A stretch of 64,000 bases of DNA from Guillardia theta CCMP2712 (taxonomy: Eukaryota > Protista > Cryptophyta): assembly GCF_000315625.1 (NCBI RefSeq), contig NW_005434622.1:405242-469241 (forward strand), in the 5' to 3' direction. The translations under genes were made by a program, and so were the position numbers. Below are positions 1 to 11,073 of this stretch, one piece after another. Positions within the stretch are counted from its first letter, which is position 1, and each line of letters starts with the position of its first letter. The notes beneath the pieces are model-generated. The model made no database searches. It was not told the DNA's origin and saw only the letters and a list, made by a program, of their open reading frames with translations.

Positions 1-390
1 TGCGTTTCTTCCTCTTTTGACCCTAAGCGAAAACTCATGCTGGTGGCGATGGAAGGAAGATAGATCGCAATTGTTCTCAAACAGTATGCTGTTTGTTCCT
101 GACAAATAATGCAAATAACATAGGGAAATCATTTCTCCATCGATTAAAATTTTGAGAAGGTATATATTCAATCCACCCATGATTTTCGTAAAATTTGACA
201 TATGGATCTCCTTTGTTAGAGCCTCAATCTGAGGTGATGTGCATGAAGTTTTGTTAGGCAATATCGCATGACACTCTTCGCAGCAACCATCTTTCCGAGG
301 CTTGCCATTCCTCCGGATGTGACGGCGGCAAGGAAGATGGGTCAGGTTCAGGTTTTGCACTCCTTGGTAGAGACTGATGGTTTCATTGAT
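1..390 (-). CDS. Possible fragment of a multi-exon hypothetical gene running off the left edge
   Basis: A minus-strand frame is open from about 390 to position 1 (INETISLYQG...RVKRGRNA), with plausible AG acceptors. No recognisable domain. Confidence 0.25.
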   Translation of the reverse strand, partial: MNETISLYQGVQNLNLTHLPCRRHIRRNGKPRKDGCCEECHAILPNKTSCTSPQIEALTKEIHMSNFTKIMGGLNIYLLKILIDGEMISLCYLHYLSGTNSILFENNCDLSSFHRHQHEFSLRVKRGRNA

Positions 391-861
391 CTATACTGAC
401 TGAAGATTGGTGCAGTTTGTAAGCAGCAGTGCTTTTGTGTTGTACTTCAAGTTCTGTGTATGTTATTGCGCCAGGTGACATCTTAACTTAATGCTTTTCC
501 TGTTTTCCCTGTTTTTCCTGTCATCCTTTTGAACAAAAGTGCAGGATGCAGCATTTGTTGGCAGCAACCACGAGGGATCCATTTTCAAATCTCAGAATTC
601 AGGCAACTCAACCTTTCCTTCGTTTGCAACGCTACACAAATCCTTGGAATCCAGATAAGTAGGTCGAAAGAAAAATTTCAGGTTTGAGATTTTAGATTGA
701 TCAGCAGAGGCTTTGAGGGACAGGAAGCTAACAAGTTGGTGATGAATGCCCATGAAGGAGGACTCTTGAGGAGTAGATGATGAAGGATCCAAAAAGAAGG
801 AAAAATGGTCACAATTGTGTAGGAAGGACACAGGTTCTCCTTGGTAGAAGAGACTCAGATT

Positions 862-896
862 TGAGATCAGTATCCTTTATGAGATCAGTATCCTTT
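862..896. repeat. Two tandem copies of a 17-nt unit (tgagatcagtatccttt), period 18
   Basis: Read directly at 862-878 and 880-896. Confidence 0.85.
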
Positions 897-1299
897 GAAG
901 GGACACGCGACACAGTGCATTCCCAGTTTGGACAGGTGTTCAACAGAGAGTTGGGTTGGAGGAAATGTGAGACTCCTTCCCGAGCATCAACTCATAAAGC
1001 AGTCACGATCATTTCATGCGTTTTGTTCTGATGAGAAGAAGGATTCGAGGTGGTGTATTATCATTTGACATCCAGCATACGGACGAACATCTAGATGTCA
1101 TAAATAATTCTCAGTAACCATCCGGATTTTTATTGTAGGTCTTATAATAGTTTATTGTCAGACGGGGATATTAATCCGGATGAGTCAGAAGTTCAAAATT
1201 TATTTGAGAGATCTAACAGAGTACCGGTCAAGTTCAGGAGAGTACAAATGATGGGGTACAAAATATACATTGCATCGGGTGTATTTACTTTGAGATTTG

Positions 1300-4200
1300 A
1301 TATGGACCGATGTCCGCTTCAACTATAGTACCCAATATTAGTACCAATAAATAGTTTTTGAGTGAATTCTGGTCGATATCTATTTGATAACAAATCTTTT
1401 ATGTTTTTATTTTGTACCAATATTGTACGGCCAAAAGTCTTTGATCCCGGTACAACAAAAAGTACGAAATGGCGGAAACTAGCGGAGAATGCCTGTTTGG
1501 ACGCGAATGTCGAATACAGGGAGCTCCATGCAACCCTGCGACTGGGACTGGACATAAGTGCCGGAAATGTGGTGGCAACTTTCATGCAGTATGTGCCAGT
1601 TTTCGAAGTGAGGATCCTGGATTTTGTGGTTGTCAATCGCCGCCTCCTCCCAGCGATGATGTGCAGTCAGCGATAGCAATTGACGAATCGGAAGGAGATG
1701 GCATGTCAGTGTCATCTTGCACGTCACAATTAGATGATGGGATGGAGGGACCAAGCTCGATGTTTCAAAATCCCACTGCTGCTGCAAGACCCAACAATGC
1801 ACGACCAAAGAGAAAACGTTCTTCTACAGAAGCTGAGTCTGCTCTGTGGGACAACTTACGCGTACAAGACGAAGCAGCGCTCGAAGCATCAGTGGAAGCT
1901 ATCCGCGAGAATACGATATCGAAGAAGAGCAGGAAGATGTATACCAGCTCCATGATACGTCTTTTGCAATGGCTCTATGTCAACAGAAAAGAAGTTCTCA
2001 CCAAGGAGTTCAGGGAGCTCATGGAAAGACAGAATATCATGAACTTGCACTACGTTCCCGATAAAGATCTGCTGCATGATATCCTAACGCGTCGTGAAAT
2101 CAAACCCATCGACTTTGAAAATAAGGAATCAACCGATCCAAAGTGTAGATTTACATCCACAGCTTTCATTACATGGCTTGAGCATTTGAGAAGTCAACGC
2201 GAAGCGGGTGGAAACTCTGAGAATGGTGCGTATGCATTTAGCACTTTGTCAGGACACAGATCTGGTCTGTTTGATCTTTATCGTCACTACGGATTCGAAA
2301 TGCCTTCCGAACTTAGCAATTCGTTGAAGAAGGATTTCAAAGGCGTGAAACGAACAGTTGCTAAGGGTGCATCGGAGACGAAAGATGTTAAAGTGAGTAG
2401 TGGGAAGGACCCATTATCATTCGAAGGATACAAAATGTTAGGGAATTTCAGTTTGAAGCAAACAGGCACAGAATGGATTTTTTTCAGGACTATGCTCATC
2501 ATATGCTGGAATCTCATTTGCAGAGCAAACAATGGAATCAAAATCCTGTACAACCATATGGAATTCTTCGAGGATGCGCTCAAAATTTACATCATTCATC
2601 AAAAGAATGATCAGGAAGGAGATCGACCACGGGATGGGAAACACATCTACGCCAATCCTTTAAATCCAGACATCTGCCCCTTGCTGGCCCTTGGTAAGTG
2701 AAGATTTGTTTGTACACATCGCTAAGAATTGATATTACTTCCGGTGAACGCAGGCATTTACTGGTGTTGCTTTGGAATGAACGATAATGGACATGGAAAG
2801 CTATTCCCGGGCAATAATCAGTTCGACCGTTTCAGCAAAATCATCACCAGGTTCCGCAACAACGAAAATCTGAAAGATGCCTTCAAATTCCTGGGAATAG
2901 ACATACAAAATATCGGGTCACACAGTGTAAGAAAAGGTACTGTACATGGTTTGGTATCCACTCGGATCCAATGACTGATGTTGTGCAAAGGATCCGCTAC
3001 TTATTGTTCCGGTGGAAGTCCAGATGGTCCAAGATATGTTCCTCTGAGTAATAGGTGACAAACAATATCCATCACTGGATTCTGAGCCGTAGCGCAGAAT
3101 TGGCTGGAAGATGGGACCTGTGCAAGACACATACATGAGACTTGAGGCTGCAGGTAATTCTCTTCTCTGAGGTGACATGGAAGGGCAACGACTTGACCGC
3201 GCGATAGGCGACCAGTATGTGGGAAGGACAGCGACGGGCCTGCCCCTGGACAAGGCAGAGTTTGCCACGTTGCCCCCCTACTTTCGCTGGTCTGATGGGG
3301 ATGAAAGAGCATTTGTATCGTCTTACATCTCAGAGATGTTCCCTGGAATTACAACCAAACTGTATCTTGTTGCAGAATACGCTGTGGCTTCTGTTGTGTA
3401 TCATTCTGAATTTTTGATGAAGACACTCCCGAAGGAACATGCTTTGTTGGCTACTTGCCTGTTCACGCAACAAGGAATTCTTCAACGAATGAAGAAAATG
3501 GTGACAATCGAGGGCGATGGCAGACGGTGTACAGGCATTCCAGCGCATGTAACAATCCTCAGAGGCATGAAAGGGCTTGAAGCTAGCAGGAAGGAGGTAG
3601 AAACGCGTGATACGCAAACAGACATCAGTCTGATGGCATCAAACTCAGTGAACAATGGCAACATGGAGCAGAGTCACTGTGTTGGAAATATCGGCGGAGG
3701 GATGATGATGCCAATTGTGCTTCAAAAAGTGGAAGAGATGACAACTCGATTTCGTCATATGGAGGATATGTTAGAGGTCCTGATGAGACAGGTGAATGGG
3801 AGGGCAGACTGTCAAAGCAGTCCAAGACAGCCTGCACAAGTTGAGCAGAGTGGAGCATTGCAGGTGAACGGATACAACTGGGGTCGACGCATTCGCCTTC
3901 TGCCAGAAGATTTTTTATGGCCAAAGATGTTCGTTGATGTGGCTTACGAGTGGTGGATGCAAGGAAATGCAGAAAAAGGGTATCCACCATTCAAAAACCT
4001 GGAACCGAGTGATTTTGCCGACCAGAATGCAAGGAAACGTTTGAGTGACTTCAGGTATCTGATGGGCAAAATAGACCAATGTGCACAGGAGAAAGGAGTG
4101 TATAAGGAGAACGCAACCATGGAGGAAACCAAGGAAATCTTCAAGCAGTGCGTGGAATGCTTGAAACTACCGAGGAAAGAAGGGAGGCAACGACGGACCT

Positions 4201-4604
4201 GGCAGTCTGTAGCGACCTGGTGCAGAGAACAAGACGGATTGCATCGTTGAGAACCAGTAGTTAGACGAATGAGATGATTACAGTGACAGATTTTATAGCA
4301 AAACATATGACGTACGCAAGTGCCGATATTCCACAGAAAAAGTGAGTGGTAATGGACGTGTAGGAATGAAGAACGAAGGTGATGGTGGACTAAGGAGTTG
4401 AGGTTGTCTCTTTCCTTGCGATGTGGCAATATATTGATGAGATTTGAATCGTGAGATTGTAGTTCAAGATCATTGTGTACATCATACATCCATTGTCATA
4501 TGGCTAGCTATGATGTAAAGAGGAAAAGAATGCTCTCATCTACTCAGAATCGCTCACAGCACCGTCTTTCATCCTCTTCTGAAGCCATTGCGCAAATTTT
4601 ATGG
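1300..4604 (+). mobile_element. Putative Crypton DNA transposon; boundaries uncertain
   Basis: Intron-containing YR gene with no RT or DDE partner is the Crypton pattern. Candidate short terminal direct repeats (A)TATGG at 1300-1305, 4498-4503 and 4600-4604. Confidence 0.55.
1469..4250 (+). CDS. Crypton-type tyrosine recombinase with N-terminal PHD-like Zn finger and C-terminal GCR1_C-like domain (856 aa spliced)
   Basis: Exons 1469-2693, 2754-2936, 2991-3054, 3098-3153 and 3208-4250 join in frame through GT-AG introns of 60, 54, 43 and 54 nt (2571 nt total). Catalytic set: R (CRANN, 2522), K (QKNDQ, 2603), HxxR (HSVRKG, 2921), W (IGW, 3105), Y (VQDTY, 3132), followed by AGDQYVGRTATGLP. C-terminal LPEDFLWP..AYEWWMQG...PPFKNL...RKRLSDFRYLM resembles GCR1_C. 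Confidence 0.88.
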
Positions 4605-4679
4605 GAAATTTATTGCGAACTATAAACTTTCATAAATTCTGGTACAACCCGAAAATCGGATACATAATAATATGATCCG

Positions 4680-4915
4680 GAAGAAACCTCCTACCCATAA
4701 TACCCATAACTTTCTGCCAAACCCTGCGGATCCCACCCCTACCCCTTAATAAATTTAGAACTACCCCTGTAAAATCATACCTTCAATCCATGGAGGTACA
4801 TATCCAACTCAGTATAATATCCCTTTGCAGAGTCCTTTATCTAGACCCCTACCCCACCAAATTCAATACCACCCCATTACTTTATTATGACATTGGCAGA
4901 ACCTACCCACCCCTG
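4680..4915. promoter_or_regulatory. TACCC(C)-rich intergenic island upstream of the Cys-rich gene
   Basis: Dense ctaccc/tacccc/acccct motifs in AT-rich non-coding DNA; same class as islands near 9.7, 19.4, 27.6, 38.7, 44.8 and 46.0 kb. Confidence 0.45.
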
Positions 4916-5010
4916 TCTGCTATGTAGTGAAGAGTTCCCAGCAAGCAGAGGCGCATTCGAACGAGCAAGGAAGAAAAACCATATTGCAAGAGCCAGTCGG
5001 TAAGGAACAG

Positions 5011-6515
5011 ATGCCCGCTACAGAGAATCAGACGATTCCCCCTCGACAGACAAGCAAAACTTCGCATGACATGCTTTCTGGAGACTTGGTGTACGACAAA
5101 AGAAAACTTCCAATCATTCAAAAAAGAGTGGCGAAGGAGCTGAAGCACGACGCCTTCGCGTCATGTTACAAGCCTGAAGTACTTTCATATGCATGGAAGG
5201 TGTACTACGACGTTGTAATAACTTTGCAGGACATGCAAGTTGCCCTTCTTCTTGACCTCCCAAATAAAGTCTTCGACGATGGCGGAGCTATCAACAGAGC
5301 CTTTGTGGAGCACATTGCCGGTAAGGGTGGTTCCAGGGTTAAAGTAACGAATCAGTTTCCGGAAGATTATCCAGCAGAAAGAGTGGAGCGAGTAATGTCT
5401 ACTCAAGAGACAACGCAGGGTGTCTACGAGAAACTCTCAAGTCAGGATCATGCTTTCCTCAAGAAGATTATTCCTCCCAACGAATCGTTCCTTGCAGAAT
5501 TGAAAACTGTTGGCTTCATTGGCTTTCCCAACACGAATGAAGAGCTCGCTGGCAATGGAAATGTCGTGTTGACCGACAAAAACTTGTACTTTTACTGGCA
5601 TCAAAACAGGTATGAGGCCTCCGCCAATGAGAGCGTTCACGGATCTACCTCCTGCTGGTGCCCCATGGGTTGGTGCGGTTGCTTCGAATGCTGCAGATTT
5701 TACTCGGGAAGCTACTCGCATGTGGGAGTGAGGGAGGCTGAGGACAAGATCACTTTCATCCCGATCAGCTACCTCACTCCCGGTGGAGTCAAGTGTGAGC
5801 GCTCAGATCACCTCAAGGTATCGAGAAAGGTGGAGTTCGACAAACGCTGCTGCTGCTCATCATGCTGCTGCTGCTGCTGCTACAGAGGTAGCAGCAGCTC
5901 AACCAGCGGCATCACCAGCTCAACCAGCGGTCATGGAAGCACAGGCTGCTGTGACTGGTGCTTCTATCACGGGCAAATGATCTTCCAGTTCAGCAGCGAG
6001 CAGCTGAGTGGGGCATCCATAGAAGCGAGGATCATCAAGAAAATCGTGAATGGGGCAAACCGCGGCGAAATTGTCTGTGATGGCCGACTTCGCGTTCTGA
6101 GCGTAAGATATGTGGATCTTGCCACGAACCAGGTAAGGCTCAGCTTGTATACTTGTGACGATGAGATGGAGTGACTGAGACATTCAAGGTGAAGGAAGTC
6201 AGCTGCGTCGTTGATAAAGACAATGTCTCCCTCGAGGACGTCTACAAGTTTACCGTCGCGGTCAATTCCCATTGCAAGGCTCAAGATTACATCGACAACT
6301 TTCGGCAGGTGAAAACATTCTGGCATGACAGAGTGGGTTCAAGCTGACATATCATTGGTGAGCAACAGACGAATACCATGGTCTTCTCTGACTCTGGGAG
6401 ACTGAAAGGACTGCGTAAAAGCGTAATGGAGAAGAGATTCCTGAGTGGCCCTGTGGCCTCTTCGTTTAAGTTCTTTTCCAACATTTTTAGGACTCAGAAT
6501 CGCACACAAGGCTAG
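5011..6515 (+). CDS. Cysteine-rich hypothetical protein (3 exons)
   Basis: Long ORF with first ATG at 5011 and Cys clusters (CWCPMGWCGCFECC, CCCSSCCCCCCY, GCCDWCF). GT-AG introns near 6133-6188 and 6309-6368 extend the frame to TAG at 6513-6515. Confidence 0.7.
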
Positions 6516-6680
6516 CGATTAGGTACAGTGATAGGATATGATAACTGACTTTTGTTTTTCCTGGATCTTTATCCTCGACGGATGCGTTTCTTATGGTTTT
6601 AGATAACTTATTTTTCTATTTCTAACTTCATAATTCGAATAAACTTATAGCTAGAATTGTGCATAGTTTCGCACGTTCGC

Positions 6681-7394
6681 TCATTGTTTTCTTGAAGGAA
6701 TCACTTCACACGTCAACACGCTTCTCGAGAGGCACTTGTCAGGAGTTACCCCAAAATTTTGGTGCGCGAAGGTCTGGACCTCCTTTCGAGGTTGTTGTGA
6801 AAGAAGTTGTTCGAGAAAACATGCATCCAGTGAGCAATCCACAGGTGTGGTCTCCGACTTCATGAGTCGAGGCATGTCCAGGTTGGGCAACCTGATGAAG
6901 GAGACCTTAAATGGAACAGCTGAGCTGCCTACAAGCAGTGTTCTGTTTGCAACTCTGTTGGGATCGGATCCCTCGGAAACTCGCCTGCTGAATGGCGACA
7001 GTGGGTCAGTTATGGGCGATTCTCCAGGGGGGGGTGGCGGGGATTGTCTTGCCGGGCTAGCCTGACGCTCTTCCGTCAAATGGACAACAGCGAGGTCAAC
7101 CTGACCTCCTCCTTCTCCTTCTCCTTCTCCTTCTCCTTCTCCTTCTTCTTCTTCTTCTCCTCCTCCTCCTCCTTCTTTTCCTCCTTCTCCTCCTCCTCCT
7201 CCTGACCCTTCCAGCAGGACACGCCCAACAACAACTCTGGTGCGGCTGGAGCAGACACGCTTTTCGCTGGGATACCCATCCTCCACCTTCTATCCACGAA
7301 GCCCATCGGTCGGGTGATGTTGAGCATGCTCAGAGCCCTTCGACTGCAGGAGCTCATCGTCCGAGACCACGACGAATACTTTAAGGTCGGCCAT
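6681..7394 (-). CDS. Hypothetical protein with Gly/Glu low-complexity tract
   Basis: 201-aa ORF; candidate upstream ATG exon (MADLKVFVVVSDD) near 7394; splicing not resolved. Confidence 0.35.
7105..7203. repeat. (CCT/CTT)n pyrimidine-rich microsatellite
   Basis: Read directly. Confidence 0.85.
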
Positions 7395-7658
7395 CTTCCT
7401 CTCTGTCTTCCTCGTCCTCGCTAGTCGTCACCCTCTCCCTCTCTCCCCTCCTCGTCCTCATCCTTGTCGTCTCTCTTCCCCCTTCTACTTTCTGCTCAGT
7501 CTTCCTTCATTCTTGCAGAATTCTAAGGAGCACTGTCTTTGAACCAGCTTGATCACAGGTTTGCGAGAGAAGAGAGCTTGGAAGTGCAGGGGGAAAGAGC
7601 TGTCGACAAGCTCAAGACAAAGCTTCTTCGGAGGATCATGTGAACAGCTTCCCCTTGT

Positions 7659-7890
7659 CCCTCCTCCTCCTCCTCCTCCTCCTCCTCCTCCCTATCTACC
7701 TCCTCCTCCTCCTCCTCCTCCTCCTCCTCCTCCTCCTCCCTATCTACCTCCTCTTCCTCCTCCCCCTCCCCCTCCTTCTCCCCCTCACCTTTCACCTCCT
7801 TCTGCTCTTTCTACTCCTCATGCTCTTCCTGCTGTTGCTGCAGCGCTTGCTCCTCCTCCTCCTCCTCCTCCTCCCTATCTACCTCCTCCT
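7659..7890. repeat. (CCT)n tract punctuated three times by ccctatctacct
   Basis: Read directly; reads PnYLPn on + and EnVDREn on -. Confidence 0.85.
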
Positions 7891-8321
7891 CTCACACCCG
7901 TCCAGATGGTCCCCGCTGTTCGACGTCAGCGCCTGGGTCAACGTTGTGCATTGAAGTGGATTACTCCGTTCTCTCATGCTTTCATCATCCAGATGTTTTC
8001 CTACCACAGGACAACGTCGAGACCAAAGTCGAGGAGATTGCTTCCCAGAAACGCAAAGTTGCTTTCTGCGACGCTCCGAAGAGCTCCTCCTCAGCCAGGT
8101 GGAGTGAAGAGTAGAGCACTCGTTACTATCAACTGACGAGCAATGATAGGAGTTCTCTCCCTGCACAGGCGAAGAAGCGTCGAGCTTGAGGAAGAGACGA
8201 ATGTGGTCGGAAAGCGAACCACATCCTCCGTGACACTCAATGGGTTGTAGAATATAAAAGCTTCTGAATGTTGTACAATTATCAACAAGGAATTGTGCTA
8301 TTTTCCGAGGCATCAAACGAT

Positions 8322-9124
8322 TTACACAACTTGCATTCCACCAGGCCGCGAGCTCATCATCTCAGATGACACCCTGACGAAAGGAATCTGCGTTGGTGTT
8401 AGGAACCACCAAAACAAATCGCCAATGGATCATGATGTACCTCTTTTCCAGACCAATGCAAAGAGCAAACACATCCGACAAAATAGAGAACAAGAATCTG
8501 AACCGTCCAGTAGCCATCCAGCCACGCATTGAGGCCCCACCCCTGCCAATAACCCGCTATGATGCCAGACAGGTGACCGATGAAGTCGACTCGTGGGATC
8601 ATCAATTGAGTGAAGATAAGAGAAGCGAAAGGAGACATATTGTACGGAACCCTGAAGAACAAGAAATCCAAAGATTGCCCACTTGTAAGCAAACTCATCC
8701 AGGTCATCCAAGCAAAGACAACACAAGAGAAACCAACACCAACCGTGTTAAGAGTGTACTCAGCAGATGGTGTACGAAGCAGCACATGATGAATTGCATT
8801 CTGAAAAATCACTGAGAGCAAAAGGAATACCAAGGTAAATCGCAGATATTCCAGAGATCCTAGTATTTGCTCTGCATGTCTCAACTGCCAGGTTGAGAAC
8901 ATGTTGAACCCAAGGTGAACAAGGTTTATATGAGACAGAGAAGCGCTGAGCGTCCTCCACCATTGTTTCTCGATAACAACAAACCTGTAGCTACTTCCTA
9001 GATCAACATAATCGAGGCGATTCCTCCAAATGAGGTACCAGATTGTACAGCAGGTCCCGATGACCGATGCTGTAGCAGGAAATCTGAGCCACTGGACGAT
9101 TTCAGGTGCGTTTTCCCAATCCAT
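8322..9124 (-). CDS. Rhomboid intramembrane serine protease (RHBDD1/RBL14-like)
   Basis: WWR motif, HxxxxHxxxN (SHINLVHLGFNM), catalytic GxS (GVGFSCV) and His (FIGHLSG), several TM helices. Intron 8388-8440 adds IPFVRVSSEMMSSRPGGMQVV* ending at 8322. Confidence 0.9.
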
Positions 9125-9306
9125 CCTTTGACTGCAAAAGGAGAAGAGAAAACAAAAAGAGATTCCCGTCTACATGAAAGAAGCAAGATCGAAGGAGAAA
9201 GACAGCAAGAATGCTCCCGCAGCTTGAAGTGCTATCAACAGGTTCATGAGGACATGAACAGTACAACCATTCCTGGGCAACAAAAAGTTTCCGTGCTTCC
9301 CTAACG

Positions 9307-9377
9307 TGCGTCCGCCGGGACTCGAACCCGGGTCGAAAGCATGGGAGGCTTCCATCATACCCCTAGACCACGGACGC
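9307..9377 (-). tRNA. tRNA-Gly (anticodon CCC), intronless, 71 nt
   Basis: Acceptor stem GCGTCCG/CGGACGC, anticodon arm GAAGC-CTCCCAT-GCTTT, T-arm CCGGG-TTCGAGT-CCCGG; T5 Pol III terminator at 9282-9286. Confidence 0.95.
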
Positions 9378-10291
9378 GGCCTAGCACGGTTACTGACGGA
9401 GGCTGCTAATAATATATATACCGTTGTTTCAACCTGTCCCAAAATCCGTGGAAAAGCTCCTCCAAGTTTTCAAATCTATCTGTGTGCCTTCCGGAATATT
9501 CTAGACGAAACCTGCGACTGGATGTGACGGGTAATTTGAAGTCTCGCCCTCAACCATCACGCTATCCAACTAAATGGAGTCTTACCTTTTGAAAATTTAG
9601 GCATTAGATTGTATAATAAATTGTGAAACTTTGTGACCGTCGGACGGTCGAAACGGCGACAGCCATCCATAAAATAAAGTTAAGTTAAAAATCAGTACGA
9701 GGCCATAAAATAATCAGTTCCGCCTCCTTTTGAGCTCGATACCCCCGTGCAACCCCCAAAGCTGACCGAGGTCACTTGAGGACCCTGACAACATATCTAT
9801 AGTGAGGGTGGGGGTGGTATCAGTGATCCTTTTGGAGGCCAACGCATGTGTGACTGTGGAGTATAATTAGCTCATATTTACTACATGAATCCCTGGTGCA
9901 AGCACACGGGCTGTCATAGTAGTCACGAGGCAATGGGGTATCAGTCGGTGTAACAATCCGAGACCCTCGTGATAATCTTCGAAAAGATCTGTTTTCTGAA
10001 ATGATATTCCCCGGATACCTGGGGCCTTACAAATGATTTTAGCTTGTGAAGTTCAGCTTATCAGCGGATATTGAAGCTATTGGTGTACCAGGATTGGTTT
10101 GTTTCGACTTATCTAAGAATATTTTGATTATTAGAGCACTTTCAGGTTATTACTGGCCCCTTACAAGAGGAGGAAGACCCCGAAGAAGGAACAGCTCTCC
10201 TCTCGCGTATTCCCTCAAGTTCCTTCCGCTGCTCACCTGCTCTTCCCTGCATCTCCGTTCCTTGCTTTCCCTCCCTCATCCTCCTGCTCCT

Positions 10292-10765
10292 ATGCAAGCG
10301 GTCCGTGGTAAAGGCGACATCATGTTGCTAGCGCCCCAAGACGAACTCAATTCATACTCATCAAATGCCATAACGTCAGAGCCTGTCAAGTGCATGCGAG
10401 GAACCTGTGCTGTACTGGGTATGTGCATGTGTGGTATGAAGGACCGTGCGAAGCCGACTATGCCACTCAAGATGCAGAACTCTTTCAGAAAACTTTCCGT
10501 TGAGTCAGCACATCCTCCCGAACTTCCAGCAGCACCAGCTGTTAGCGCCCGTGGTGCCAACAAGTCAGTTGAAAAGGCCAAGAGCGTTCAGACTGAAACT
10601 CGAGATTCAAAGCCGGCGGAGGTTGCGGCTTCAAGACCCATGGAGATTGCGGCGTCCAAACCTATGGAGGTCCCGACGTCAAGGCCTGTCGAGGCCGCTT
10701 CTCCAAAACCTGCTTCACCACCTGAGACAAAACCTGATTTTTCTATGTTCGATTTTAGCATTTGA
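10292..10765 (+). CDS. Small hypothetical protein with three AAS(R/K)PME-like repeats
   Basis: ATG at 10292 after a pyrimidine-rich leader; intronless 157-aa frame; tandem AASRPMEI/AASKPMEV/PTSRPVEA. Confidence 0.6.
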   Translation: MQAVRGKGDIMLLAPQDELNSYSSNAITSEPVKCMRGTCAVLGMCMCGMKDRAKPTMPLKMQNSFRKLSVESAHPPELPAAPAVSARGANKSVEKAKSVQTETRDSKPAEVAASRPMEIAASKPMEVPTSRPVEAASPKPASPPETKPDFSMFDFSI

Positions 10766-11073
10766 TGTAGATTCTTGTATATAAACATGTTCATACATAA
10801 CGACTATTGGTGTGAGCCTGGTGATCTGTCACAAAGTATATAAATCCTCTGTAAGATTTTTCGGAAGAGATGTATGCGAGACAAACACTTTCGAAACTAT
10901 GACGCGACAACGGGTTCTTTCAGGTAGCGCGTATGCTTTAATATCAAAACACGAGTAAGCTCAAAAGTATTTATTCAAAATCATGATGGCAACGTCAATG
11001 CACCAGATGTAGTTTAAGTGAAGAACCTGTCAAACAGGTGGGTGCAGAACATCCGCCAACAGTTAGTAACATC

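Noticed and set aside
3944-4588. Antisense ORF overlapping the Crypton 3' end (181 aa) and a short MASEEDERR exon
   Set aside because: No consistent splice path, no domain, and largely a shadow of the + strand gene.
1365-4648. Direct repeats ggtacaac (1449/4641) and aattctggt (1365/4635) as element ends
   Set aside because: Matches of 8-9 bp are expected by chance when comparing two AT-rich flanks of several hundred bp; the first pair would also leave no promoter.
1-6500. Fanzor/TnpB nuclease or guide RNA as cargo beside the Crypton
   Set aside because: No RuvC-like D..E..D motifs with a terminal zinc finger were recognisable in flanking frames, and no conserved RNA could be inferred from one copy.
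7640-7954. Poly-Leu membrane protein ORF
   Set aside because: Alternative frame of the (CCT)n microsatellite.
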